Source: Octopus sinensis (taxonomy: Eukaryota). From it: DNA of 64,000 nucleotides. This document shows positions 49,177 through 62,255 of this stretch, one piece after another. The notes beneath the pieces are model-generated. The model did no database searches. It saw nothing but the letters and a program-made list of their open reading frames with translations, and had not been told where the DNA came from. The DNA is taken from positions 152,520,001 to 152,584,000 of the forward strand of contig NC_043000.1 in the NCBI RefSeq assembly GCF_006345805.1. The letters run 5' to 3'. The number at the start of each line of letters is the position of its first letter. Positions within the stretch are counted from its first letter, which is position 1. The translations under genes were made by a program, and so were the position numbers.

Positions 49177-50255
49177 GCACATAGTTTCTGAGAGGAAAAG
49201 AAAGGGTTAGCAGGGTCATTGTGCGTCGGTAAAAGTGAAGTCTCAAGTGTTTATAAAAACATGTAAGTTGATAATACAAGTACTACTCATTTTTGTCAGC
49301 TGAGTGCACTGGAGGAACGTGAAATAAAGTGTCTTGCTCAAGAACACAACGCGTCGCCGGGAATAGAACTCACGACTTTACGATCATGAGCCGAATACCC
49401 CTAACCACTAAGCCACGCGCCACACACACACACACACTCACACACATACACACATTGGCGCAGGTGTGGCTATGTGGTAAGAAGTAAGCTTTTCAACCAC
49501 ATGCTTCCCTGTTCAGTCCCACTCCGTGACACCTTTGACAAGTGTCTTCTGCAACAGTCTCGAGCTAACCAAAGCTTTGTGTGTGGATTTTGTGGACAGA
49601 AACTGGAAGAAGCCCGTCGTGTGTGTGTAGCCTACCACTGCTTAGCAACCAGTGTTGGGTTGTTTACGTCCCTGCAAATTAGCGTGATTTAGAATACGTA
49701 CCAGCTTTGAAAAAGAAGAAAATAAATATTGGGATCGATTTGTTCGACTAAACCCTTCAATGCAATGCTCCAGCATCACCTTCAAATAGAAGAATAAGAA
49801 AAAGAATAAGTATATATGAAGTATTTTTGCCACTTAAATGTGGCTAACCACTAAGGGTGGATGCTACTGTAGCTTGTTGCCTCAGGAGAACATCTCCAGC
49901 TGGCTATTGACACACTTTCTGTGCCCTATCAGTATTTGCAAAGGGAAGCTATCCATCCCATCGTCGACCTGACGTGATACGCACGGACTCGGGTTTCTGG
50001 GTATTTACTCGTCGTCAGCGCACGACAATCACCGGTCTTCCATGCAAAGGGGTCCCAATTCAAATACATATATTCTTTTTCCAGTGACGAAAAGTCACTG
50101 ATCTCGAAAAAGTGTAAACAAGCAATAATAAATCTCCGAACGAGGTATAAACAGTAGCTGCACGACAATATGAAGTATTTTTGCCGCTTAAATATGGCTA
50201 ACCGCTAAGGCTGGATGTTACTGTAGCTTGTAGCCCCAAGAGAGCATCTTAATAC

Positions 50256-50289
<34 letters not shown>

Positions 50290-50290
<1 letters not shown>

Positions 50291-50770
50291 GATGGGCTAC
50301 AGCAAATATTCTGCTCAATACCACAGATTTGCTTGTCAGTTGTTTGGCCTTAACCAGTTGAGCATGTCCCTTAGTGGCTGACGATATGTGCATCTCTGAT
50401 CACGAGCAGAAGTAGTGGGGGAGCATCATGGTCATGTGTTGAGAGGGATTCTTTGGGGTTTGAATAATTCACCTCTGGAAACATAGGTGTTTCGTTCAAC
50501 ATCCTAAAGCAACCCTTATTCAGGGACCTTTTGAGCAGGATGGGCTACTCAACCTGAAGAAAATTCTAACTGGGCCCCACCTGCAAGGTCATGTGCTGTT
50601 TATCTTGATATGAGATCACTATGTCGCGCACATATGGTTGTGATGCATGTGCCTAGTATACCTTTATCAGACGGGTAGTCATGATGGGTATATTGGGCTT
50701 CGTATATTTTACCCCAGTGTCACTTTGATGGCATGAACTGCTCTCTCACTCAATAATAATAATAATAATG
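50290..50770 (+). repeat. Interspersed repeat ending in (AAT)n, probably a LINE 3' UTR-derived element
   Basis: Non-coding ~470-bp block ending CTCTCTCACTC(AAT)n; family not identified. Confidence 0.4.
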
Positions 50771-51971
50771 ACGATGATGATGATAAATAACAAGAATAAT
50801 ATAATATCAGAACATCACCCATCTGCTAGAATTATATTCCTAACTCTCGTCTATATCACTACCTTCAACTAATTTGTTTAACCACGTAATAAATATTACG
50901 TTACCCCTACTACATGCCATGGACGCTTCTCTCTCCGTCTTTTCTCTCTCCCTCTTTGTCTTTCTCTCTCTTTCTGCCCCACTCTTCGCCTTGTCTTCTT
51001 TTCTTTCTTCCTCTTTTCTTCTTCCTTCTTTTCTTCCGCCTTCTTTTTCTCTAATCTTGTGAAAACGTTACTGACAGGCTAAGTAACGTAATGACAAGCA
51101 GAATTATTATAAGGTTTTATAATTGCTAAAGCAGAAAAAACCTCTATGAATCATAAATACGTTGAGGCAAATAGAAATAGAATATTTACTGTTTTCTTTG
51201 AATAATCTGGGTACTATTGAACAGATACAGAATCATTTGAAAAAGGTAGAAAACTATAAGCTGAAGCAACATTTTCAAAGTAGCATTAATATTCATAATA
51301 AATAATTCACTCTAATTTTGCGAAACAGATAGAACATACACATACACGAGACACGAAATATGATAGATACGTTGGTCTAGAAACGGCACAAGAAAACAAT
51401 GTGTACGATACTTGTTTACCTCTTTTGAACTAAACAGCAAATGCGTGCTTGCCCCACTCCTTTCCACATACGCAAAGTGTGACTGACATTATAAAGATAG
51501 AAAATATCATATAACACCCTGAAATTGGAACAAACAGTTCCAAATTTAGTACAAATTGTCCAGAAGAATTTTGTTGCAATCAACTATCCGGCAGTAGTAC
51601 AAACAAGTCAGACTCATAATTCTCTCTAGTAACTTTTCGAAGTCACTTTTCAGTAATAGAACCTCTACTGATTCACAGCACATTTTTCAAGCCTATTAAC
51701 ATGTCTAGGAAAATTTGGGTCGTAGATTCGCAGCACATTTTTTGTGAGATATCTTTAACTTGAAGTAAGCGAATATGAAATGATGAGAAACGAGATGACT
51801 TAGAGGCGCAGCTGGTAAACATCGTTTTTAATATAATAAAAATGCTTAGAAAATATCTATGGATGCCTAGAGCATGAACCAATAATAAAGTGGGTTATAA
51901 TACATTTGAATCAAGAATTGTAATTAGTTACAAATTACATCCATCATGATGAGTAAAAAATCATCATCATA

Positions 51972-53182
51972 GGCGCAGGAGTGGCTGTGTGGTAAGTAGC
52001 TTGCTAACCAGCCACATGGTTCAGGGTTCAGTCCCACTGCGTGGCACCTTGGGCAAGTGTCTTCTGCTATAGCCTCGGGCTGACCAATGCCTTGTGAGTG
52101 GATTTAGTAGACGGAAACTGAAAGAAGCCTGTCGTATATATGTATATATGTGTGTGTGTGTGTGTTTGTGTGTCTGTGTTTGTCCCCCTAGCATTGCTTG
52201 ACAACCGATGCTGGAGTGTTTACGTCCCCGTCACTTAGCGGTTCGGCAAAAGAGAACGATAGAATAAGTACTGGGCTTAGAAAGAATAAGTCCCGGGGTC
52301 GATTTGCTCGACTAAAGGCGGTGCTCCAGCATGGCCGCAGTCAAATGACTGAAACAAGTAAAAGAGTATAAGAGTAAAAGAATATCATGTTACATTTACA
52401 AATCCATACTCACTTCCGAGTGGCGACTGATTGTAGCTTATTTTCATAGAATGCATTGGAAAACAACAAGAGAACGTAATCCTTCACTCAGTTACTAAAA
52501 ACTAAAATACACAAAAGAAAAACACGATAATATCAGAAAAACTGATAAGAAAATGATTGTATTCAGAATTTTCTATCATAAATTTCTTCTTTTTCCGATT
52601 GTAATTTCTATTCGTTATTTGATATTGTTCAAAAATCAATGTTTGCAACAACATGGTTTCAATGGAATACTTTACTTTGCAGCTGCATTGAATTATAGGA
52701 GTTATTAAACCTGTTTGAATGAAAAGGTGGACGGATGGATGGATGAATAAATTAATAAACAAACGCGTAGGAGTGGCTTTGTAGTAAGTAGCTTGCTAAC
52801 CAGCCACATGGTTCCGGGTTCAGTCCCACTGCGTGGCACCTTGGGCAAGTGTCTTCTACTATAGCTACAGCCCGACTAAGGGCTTGTGAGTGGATCTGGT
52901 AGACGGAAACTGAAAGAAGCCCGTCGTAAATATGCATATATGTATGTGTGTGTGTGTGTCTGTGTCTGTGTTTGTCCCCACAACATCGCTTGACAACCGA
53001 TGCTGGTGTGTTTACGTCCCCGTAACTTAGCGGTTCGGCAAAAGAGACCGATAGAATAAGTACTAGGCTTACAAAGAATAAGTCATGGGGGTCGATTTAC
53101 TCGACTAAAAGGCGGTGCTCCAGCATGGCCACAGTCAAATGACTGAAACATGTAAAACAGTAAGCAGTAAAACAGTAATCAA
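51972..53182 (+). mobile_element. Two CORE-like SINEs (51972-52381; 52764-53182); a further tail half at 54383-54627
   Basis: Family sequence read directly. Confidence 0.88.
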
Positions 53183-53213
53183 TGCAGTATAATTCATTGT
53201 TGAATGCTTTTCA

Positions 53214-53439
53214 TGTACACGCGCACACACACACACACGCACACACACGCACACACACACACACGCACACACACGCACACACACACACACACGCACACAC
53301 GCATACACACACACGCACACACACACACCACACACACACACGCACACACGCACACACGCACACACACACACGCACACACACACGCGCACACACACGCACA
53401 CACACACGCACACACACACACGCACACACACACACACAC

Positions 53440-53476
<37 letters not shown>
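53214..53476. repeat. (CA)n/(CACG) compound microsatellite
   Basis: Read directly. Confidence 0.95.
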
Positions 53477-53477
<1 letters not shown>

Positions 53478-54770
53478 TTAAGAAAATCTCGCCGACTGAT
53501 TCTTAAATATATTCTCACCAACACACATTCAACGTCGATGTATTGCTTCATCCTTCTGTATCATGTATAATAGCACTTTCTGGTCTCCTGAAGTAGCTGG
53601 CTGCGTATCTCTTTCTTTAAATTCTAACCGATGCATCAACCTCTACTTCATTCCTGCTGTGTTTCGCCACCCCACACATCTACACGCAACACATTTCTCA
53701 GTCCTTATCTAGAATTATAACGCTGTTCATATTTTCCTAATACATCAATCAATCTGAGTCAACCTCACTACTCTCAGAAAGTCTACATATGTTATAGTTA
53801 CTGTTATCTTTACATAAAAAGTAACAAATATTAAGCGTTACAACCGCTAAGTTTCAGATAAGCTGAACAGACATGATGAAAATAAAATATCTTTATGTAA
53901 AGTAGTTGGGTTGAATTTGTTGGTGTTCTTACTTGCAAAAAAACTATTAACATAAACCAATGAGCCAATGAAAATGATTGATACGATTATCTCACGATGT
54001 AAAATAGTATAGAAATCACAGATTAGAATAAAAAAAAAAAATTTAAAAAAAATAAAAAATAAAAAATAAAGAAATAAAGAAATCAGAAATCACAGATTAG
54101 CACCTTTCAGGCTGCTAAAGTGTTACTGCAGGTATTCTACCATATCGAAACAGAAAGAGATAAGCTCTGTCACTGGGAAGACGACTGCAAGAGGATGCTG
54201 TCATGTGTAAAAAGTTAGAGATAACAACCAGAACAATGCCACGAAAAGATTTATTCATATTTGATAGAAAATGAATGAGGTTTCTTAATCAATATTGAGT
54301 GGTGGGGGTGTTGGCAGAATCTAGAACAGCAGACAAAATGGAAAGGATACTTGATCAGCATAATGATCAAAGCATCGAACTATATGTATGTGTGTGTGTC
54401 TGTGTCTGTGTTTGAGTTTGTCCCCCCAACATCGCTTGACAACCGATGCTGGTGTGTTTACGTCCCCGTAACTTAGCGGTTCGGCAAAAGAGACTGATAT
54501 AATAAGTATTAGGCTTACAAAGAATAAGTCCTGGGGTCGATTTACTCGATTAAAGGCGGTGCTCCAGAATGGCCACAGTCAAATGACTGAAACATGTAAA
54601 ACAGTAAACAGTTAAACAGTAATCAATAAGTTTTGAGTTAAAATCCTTCCTAGATCACCTTTGCCTTTCATTATTCCGTGGTTGGTAACCTAAAGTACCA
54701 GTCAAGTACTGAAGTCAATTCAGTCGAGTATATTAGCAACAGAGAAACTATTAATACCGAGAGGTAATAC

Positions 54771-54979
54771 TTATTCTCACTTAAATGTGGGTGTTCTGTT
54801 AGAACAAACTATACTGCGGTGGTTACTACGAGAAAAACTTTCACTTTGGATTTTGGGGCAAAATGTACTCTTGTTTTAAACAAGAGTGCATTTTGTACCG
54901 AAAGCTAATATGAGAGTTTTTCTCATGATATCTACTGCAGTAAAATTCTAACAGAACACCCACATTTAAGTGGGGATAA
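54771..54979. mobile_element. Short foldback element (MITE-like)
   Basis: CACTTAAATGTGGGTGTTCTGTTAGAA / TTCTAACAGAACACCCACATTTAAGTG arms, with central palindrome CAAAATGTACTCTTGTTTTAAACAAGAGTGCATTTTG. Confidence 0.7.
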
Positions 54980-55166
54980 ATATTGTCATTCAAACGCTAA
55001 CGTTCGTCAATGTTAGAAATCGATATTAAACGTTAAAGATTTTGCTGGTTAACCCTTGCTATTCTCACGTCTGTGCATGTTTTATGTAAAACAGATTGCA
55101 GAATTCTCACTATATTATAATTAACTTGTGTCTCATCGACCGACATCAGCAAACAAACAAGACAAA

Positions 55167-55738
55167 TATTGGGTCATCCCATAAATAATGTGTTTTTTTA
55201 TACTTCTTTTATTTTTCAAAATTAAGATAAACAAAGTTCTTTTTTAATCTAAAATATATTCTCCTTCATTTTCTACAATGTTCTTCCACCTGTCTGGTAG
55301 ATTTGCAAGGCCCCTCTTCCAAAATTTACTTGTCCGTGACGGAAAATACTCCTCCAGTACTGTTCTGACCTCGCCTACACAATCCAAATGATTTTGAAAA
55401 CTGTGGAATAAATGCTAATCAGATGGGGCAATGTTCGGCGAATATGGTGGATGGGGCATCGTTTCCCATTCAAACTGCTCCAGCCTTTGGAATGTCATAC
55501 TCACTGTATGTGGCCGAGGATTATCCCGATGGAAGAACACTTTTCATCTTCAAACCAAAGATGGTTTGAAGATGTTATCATTTGGTTTGGGTTTAAAAGT
55601 TCAAAGTGGACTGAATCTTTCATATTCCATCAAACAGATAACACCTTATGTGGGTGAAAACCTTCTTTAGCCTAGGTTGCCGATGTTTCTCCTTTCCCTA
55701 CCTACTGTCTTCGGTGCTTGACATTTTTATAGAGAACC
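55167..55738 (-). mobile_element. Mariner remnant (same family as 20927-21600)
   Basis: TIR TATTGGGTCATCCCATAAATAATG; sequence is collinear with the first copy apart from deletions. Confidence 0.88.
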
Positions 55739-57795
55739 TTTGTAGGTAATCCATTTCGGTTAGATGATGGTGATGTCATCCGCGTAAGCTGAAACTGACT
55801 TTCCACAACCTGGCTGTCTCGGGATGCCGCTCAATTTTCGCAGTAATGGCTCAAGAACCATTACAATCAAAAGCGGGGAGAGCGGACACTGTTGATGAAC
55901 CGAGCGTTTGATGTTGAACGGCCTTGATAAGAAGTCGTTCACCCAAACTACCGAGTCGACGTTGTCATAAATCTGAATGATCCACCTGAGGAAGCTATGA
56001 CCCAGGCCGAACTGCGCCAGAATGGACACCAGGTACCAATGGTTCGCCCTATCAAAAGCCTTTGATTGGTCTAAATGGACCAGTGCCCCACCCTTGCCAG
56101 AATCACTATTAAACCCCTCTAAAGTGTACCGTATGAGATGGAGATTATTCTGGATGGTTCTACCTGGAACGGCTTATGTCTGTGCCTCCCCGATCAAACC
56201 ATCCGCGACACGCGCCAATCTTTTCGATAACACTTTGGCCAAAATCTTTAACTCTGCGTTCAGCAGAGTGAAGGGCTGAAGATTATCAACGGAATCCCTC
56301 TTGTCCGGGTATTTTCTGAGAAGCGTTACCACTACCCGGTGCACAGATCTGGAAATAAACCCGTTCTGCTGCCAGTTCGCGTAGACATTCGCCAGCAGGT
56401 GTCCGAAAAAATCTGGCATACTCTTATACAACTCATAGGGTAGACCATCCAGTCTTGGCACCTTACCCGCGCCGCAGTCTGCCATAGCCTCAATTACCGC
56501 CTCGAGCGTGATCAGCCCTTCACAGCACTCCGCGTCCCGCCCCGAGAGACGCGGCAGCCCGGCGAGGAAGTCCGTTAGGTCCCTCCTACTATCCGGTCCA
56601 CCACTCCTCACGAAAAGCTGGGCGAAGTGCTCCTGAAAAGCCGCACACATCTCCTCGTATTCGTCTACCAACTTACCTCGCTGGTTCGTCAAAGATCGGA
56701 TTGTGGCATCATCACCACTCGGACCCATCCTGAGGCCTTGATTCCCTCACAACCCACTGCACGAAGCCCAGCCCTGACAATGCAACCCATGCGTTTGGCT
56801 TCGAGGTGCTGGTTTAACGCCAGTTTCTTGGCCTTCACCTGAGCCGCAGAGCCAGTTATCATGGCTTTCTCTAAGTCCTTAACTAAAGCTGATTCCCTCC
56901 TAGCCTCTCTAGCCACTAAACCTATGCTATATCTAATAGACTCAAATTTAATGGCTCGCTTGAGGGCATACCACCATTTATTATTAATAATGGAACCGGT
57001 TAATGCCCCCTGAATCAACAACTTAATCCGGTCTCTGTACTCCTTAATCGCCAAAAGGGACCTATTAAATTTCTAGTAGCCGGGACCTCTATTATATAGC
57101 TTATCTATGTCAAGCTTACAGGTGATCACTTTATGATCACTGTAGCTGACCGGGTGAAACTGTGGACAGCTAGCTATATTTCTATCTGCTTTTCTAATTA
57201 ACATTCTAAGTACGACCTGGAAGATCCGTCACTGCTTAACCATGTCCACAATGGAGCATTCGGAAATTCCAGCCAACTCAAAGCGCCTTAGCAGTTCCTG
57301 GAAGCAAGGATTAACCTTTCTATCTGTACACGAGCCAACATAGTCTACGCGTGAGTCGCAGATTGTGTTATAGTCTCCTAGCACAACTAAAGAATGTAAT
57401 GTACCAAGAAACTTCTCCAGATTCCGAAAATATTCGCTTTGCCCAGTTGTCGTGGGGGCATAAATTGCAACAAGTCTGATAATCTTACCACGACTGAACG
57501 TCAAGTCCATGACGACCAGCCTACCTTCTGGATCTGACAAAATTAACTTTTTCTCAGAAACCCGGTTTCTTTTAAATAGGACCAACACCCCGCTTCCGCC
57601 AGAAGGACAGCCCGGAGAGACATAACTCCCGTAACCATCCAACAGCAGGAGCAGATCTCTTCGCTCCCTTAATTGGGTTTCTGTAGCAACAATAACATCC
57701 AAATTACGTGACCTGATCTCTTTAAGGAAGCGACCTTGCTTCCAGCTTGACACCAGGCCACGCACATTTATACAACCTTCATGAATGCTAAACAT
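55739..57795 (-). pseudogene. L1/Tx1 LINE ORF2 (APE endonuclease plus RT to YADD), disrupted and lacking its 3' end
   Basis: INVRGL, VATETQ, GDYN, SDH, GPGY.KFN, DGLPYELYK, LLNAELKILAKVL, DQSKAFD, QQCPLSPLL and SAYADDI motifs. Confidence 0.93.
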
Positions 57796-59365
57796 GACTT
57801 ACCTCTCGTCAATGGTTCGAGGATTCCCCTTCCTCCTCTTTTTCTTTCTCTCGGGCTCGTGGGTTTTTTTTACATAGAGCCTTGTAAATGTATGTAGAAT
57901 AGACCATCCTGAGAGGGCCCACGTCATGAAAAAATTCGGACCTAATCCGTCTGTAATCCTTCCGGCCTATCCTGTAAATAAGAAAGTCTTTTGATGAAAT
58001 ATTTTCTACAAGTTTGGCAGATGAATTAGCTGCCTAACGGTTAATCAGTCTGTTGTTCGATACCTTAAAGGCCATATAATTAATATCTTTTTCTTTTTCG
58101 TTTTTATCCTTTTGTTTTTCAGTTTGGTAAGGGCAGTCTGTGTTTCCTTTCTTCTTTTTTTTTTAAAAAACAGTCGACCACCCCTTCTCTTTTTCTTTAT
58201 CGTCGCTATCTTCCTCTTGTTTTGATGGTGTTGGTGTCATCTCTGCTGATGTAGGTGACGCTTCCACTGTTGTTTCTTCTCTTACCTTTTCTTCCTGCCC
58301 TTTTTTTGCGGGTTTGCATTCGGAACTTATATGGCCCTTTAACCCGCAGTTAAAGCATTTAGGATTCCTGCATTCCACGAAGACGATCAGCCTCTCCTCT
58401 CCGATGTTTATTATTTCAGGAATTTCTTCCAGCGTGGGGACTTCTTGAATTAACATGTTCAAGCATTGTCCCCTCCAATTCACTTCCTCCACCACTGTGG
58501 CCTGGAGAATGGTTATTTTTCTTCTTGGTCTATTATTATAATTGCCAATAGCCAGGCAGCATCTACTTCCAGAGGAATATTAGCAATTTTTATTTTCGAT
58601 GTTCTTCTTCCCATATATATAGGAAGAAGAACCACCTCCTCGGTTCTCAAAGTTTCTGAAGAGTGTCGCCTGGCCACCTCCTCTGATGTGAACCTCACCT
58701 CGACCGTTCCAAATCGTTTGCCTCTAGTCATGTATGTTATACCCATATCGGTTTGAGGCATTTTTCAATAAATTTTTTTTCAGTTTTATCTATTCGTTTC
58801 TTCTCGGCGTTGTAAGTTTTGTAGATAATTCTTTTTCTATTTGCTTGCTCGGTTGTTTCTGTTGGAGGAGCTACTTGTATTTCCGCCACATACCTTTTTT
58901 AACATAGACATACACTTTTTAAAGTTACTTTTCTCCCTGTTAATGTTTCTCTCCTTTCCTGCTGCCTCGGCAAAGTTTGACTTTTTTGGCGTCACCGCCG
59001 GTGATTGTTTTCTCTTCACCTGTTACGAAAACAGGCATATCAATAATTAGTCAACCCGGCGATTCCACTGAACTCAATGGTGACTCCATGATGTTGTTTT
59101 TACACAATTTACGGCAAAGCGCCAAACACAGAAGAGTTTGGGCTTACGCCCCACAGAATTGGCTCAAAGACGCACAGTTCAACGATAAATCCTCTACAGG
59201 AGGGAATTGAAAACAAGCTGCTTCAACGAAGCAATAAACAGTTTTTTTAACAAAAACAACCGCAAAACAACCTCAACTCACCACAACAATACAATTCAAC
59301 AAATGACACAGGAAACACTGGCAAAACGTTCAAACGACAAGAGACTTGCAGTAAGAATAAGGGGA
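57790..59365 (-). pseudogene. L1/Tx1 LINE 5' UTR and ORF1 (CCHC zinc knuckle), frameshifted
   Basis: ORF pieces MKRKQSP..., GTVEVRFTSEE..., VECRNPKCFNCGLKGHISSEC, directly upstream of ORF2. Confidence 0.85.
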
Positions 59366-60386
59366 TTTTTTATTGCCCACAAGGAGCTGATATAGAGGGG
59401 ACAAACATACATGCGGGGACAATTAATACATGTAAAATGAATAAAATGAAATTTTACAATGAAGGTGAAACGGTCACCCCGGCCCCGCTCCGGGATGATT
59501 ACGTGGTTTCAGTTATTTCAAACAAAGAGTCTTTAACAGTTCTTCCCATTTTGTGTCATTTTTAATGTCATCATAATTCACCATTAGGGCGCTAGGTTCA
59601 ATACTCACCTCGGGCTTCAGTGGATTTACATCTGAAAGAAAAGCTTCTTTCAGAGTTCTATATTTTCCTTCCTCCATCAGAATACATCTTATATCCTTAT
59701 CATATCCCTCTGATAATTCCTTTCATTTTCGTTATTTTCCTCTCCAGTTTTTGGGTCGCATGATATGTCACTAAAATAATTTTGTTTCTGTGTACGTCTT
59801 GTGAGTCTGCGTGTTGTGTCTGTGTGTCTGTGCTTTTATGATTCTGTAACTCTGTGTGTTATCATGTGTGTCTGTCTATATTTCTATGTGTCAGTATGTC
59901 TGTGTGTTTATGTGAGTCTGTATGTTTGTGTGATTGTAAGTCTGTATGTTTGCTTGGTGTTGCTGTTCTGCTTGTGGCATTTTTCTTCGGTGACCCCAAG
60001 GGCGTACTGCTTCCACTTGTCGTTGGTTGGTCCACTTCCTCTTGTACTTCATGTTTCTTCTGTTGTTGCTCCGTTTTAGGTGGTGAACTCCTCCCCCTCT
60101 CTCTCTTCCTTGTTTTGGTCTCCATAAACTCTGTGTTCTGTTCCACATCTCGAGTCCTCCTCTCCATTTCCATTATGCCTTCTTGTGTTTCTATTTCTGT
60201 GGTTTCCATCGTTTTTAGTGGACACCTTCTTCTAATGTGCCCCTTCTCTCCACACTCGTGACACGTTGGAGGTCTCCCCTCTAACATTACATCTAGTTTG
60301 TCCTCATTGGGTAGCTCCAATGTTTCTGGTATACCTTCGTACTCTTTTGATTCACCATAAAAATTATCTCTACCCCATATCCCCAC
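59365..60386 (-). mobile_element. ORF1-only Tx1-related element with LINE/SINE-type 3' tail
   Basis: LEGRPPTCHECGEKGHIRRRC knuckle; the ORF1 C-terminus ends near 59519; a short UTR ends TGTTTGTCCCCTCTATATCAGCTCCTTGTGGGCAATAAAAAA; no ORF2 motifs in between. Confidence 0.65.
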
Positions 60387-60427
<41 letters not shown>

Positions 60428-61145
60428 GCGTGCGCGCGCTGAAAAATAGGAGTTGAATGAGGAAAAGAATGTTCTTTTTGTAATCTATCTATCTATATAT
60501 ATGTGCATCCATGTATGTGTGTATGTATTTTGTATGTATGTATGTATGTATGTGCATCCACGTGTGTGTAAGTATGTGTATGGTTAATGTTTGGAAGTTT
60601 GGTTGGAGAGAGAAGAAAAAAAGAAAAAAATGGGAGAAAGAGAGAAAGGCAGAAAGAAAGACAGAAAGACAGAAAGAGGGGTAGGAAAGAAAGAACGAAA
60701 GAGAAAAAAGACAGAAAGTAAGAGAGAAAAGGGCTTTTTTTCCGGGATGGTAGAATTTGTATTTTATTCTTATGATCAGTTGCTACACAGTCGTTAAAGT
60801 TAATGGCAATTCAAAATATCAATTTTGTTTTAGCTATTGTTTAGAAAGTATCTCTTTCTCTCTTTCTCTGTGCATGCATATGTGTACGTATACGTATGTG
60901 GCGAATTTTTGGAGGCTTGGTTAGAAGAAGAAAACGGGAAAAATGAAAGAAAGACAGGAAGGCAGAAAGAAGGACAGGAAAGAATTCCTTTTCTCTTATT
61001 TTTCTTCTCCGTCTGACCAAGCTTCCAAAAATTCTCTACACACATGCACACACACATACTTACATACACATTCATGCACACACATTCATTACATGCACAT
61101 CCTTACTCTCACATTCCGACACACATACGTACATGCATACGCACA

Positions 61146-61181
<36 letters not shown>

Positions 61182-61957
61182 ACACACACACACACACATT
61201 TAAGTATATATAGAGGAGAGAGATAGAAAGAGAGAAATACAAACAGGATAATTTGTTCATAAAATATCTTGTTATGTAGACTATTGAATATGTCATCCAA
61301 TTCCAAGCTAAGTTACACTATGTGTGTATGTATGTGTGTGTGTGTGTGTGTGTATGTATGTAGGCATGCCTGTACGTATGTATGTACGTAGGTATGCATG
61401 TATGTATGCATGTATGTATGTATGTATATATATTTGTATAAGGATTGTCAATAGGTGGAGTCTAATTGAAATGCATTGATGATTTAGTAATATTTATAGT
61501 TGTAAGTATTGGACATTATTCATGCAACCCCAGTTTAAATTGCACTATGTATGTATGTATGTATGTTTATTTGTTTGTATAAGGATTGCCAACAAATGGA
61601 GTCTGGTTTAACTTCACGATGATTTCATAATATTTAGTTGGAATATTATTTCAGGAAATTATAATCTTAATATCGGATATAGCTCAAATAGATTTTAAAA
61701 TATTGGGGCGTAGTTCTGTAAATCTGCGTAACTCGCGACATGTAGAGTGCCCATGTATTTTAACAATTACTGTACAGAATACTGGTACACGCTACAGAAG
61801 TACCTATAGAAATTATGTAATTCATCTCATTAAAAAAATGGTACAACCGAATCACTTGTTTGATCCCGAGCTTGGGTTCTTGGATATATATACATATATA
61901 GGCAAAATTAATTTCGCCTTTAGGTTCTCATTGCTACTAAGCCCCCCTTTTAATTTA

Positions 61958-62050
<93 letters not shown>

Positions 62051-62054
62051 ATAT

Positions 62055-62099
<45 letters not shown>

Positions 62100-62104
<5 letters not shown>

Positions 62105-62255
62105 GGAGTAAACACATAAATGTGAAACAAGGTGGAAAAAAGAGTACTCAAATACCAGTGGTAGAGTAATATGCTTTATTTTAAGCAGCAGAAAATTCAA
62201 CAAAATCTGTTACTCTGAGTTTCTCGTTGCCGTTCATCAGACAGTTTTTGCTAGA
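62100..62255 (-). mobile_element. PLE-type tail with minimal hammerhead core (62202-62248)
   Basis: Minus strand reads AAAACTGT-CTGATGA-aCG(GCAA)CGa-GAAA-CTCAGAGTA-ACAGATTTT and ends in (TA)n. Confidence 0.7.
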
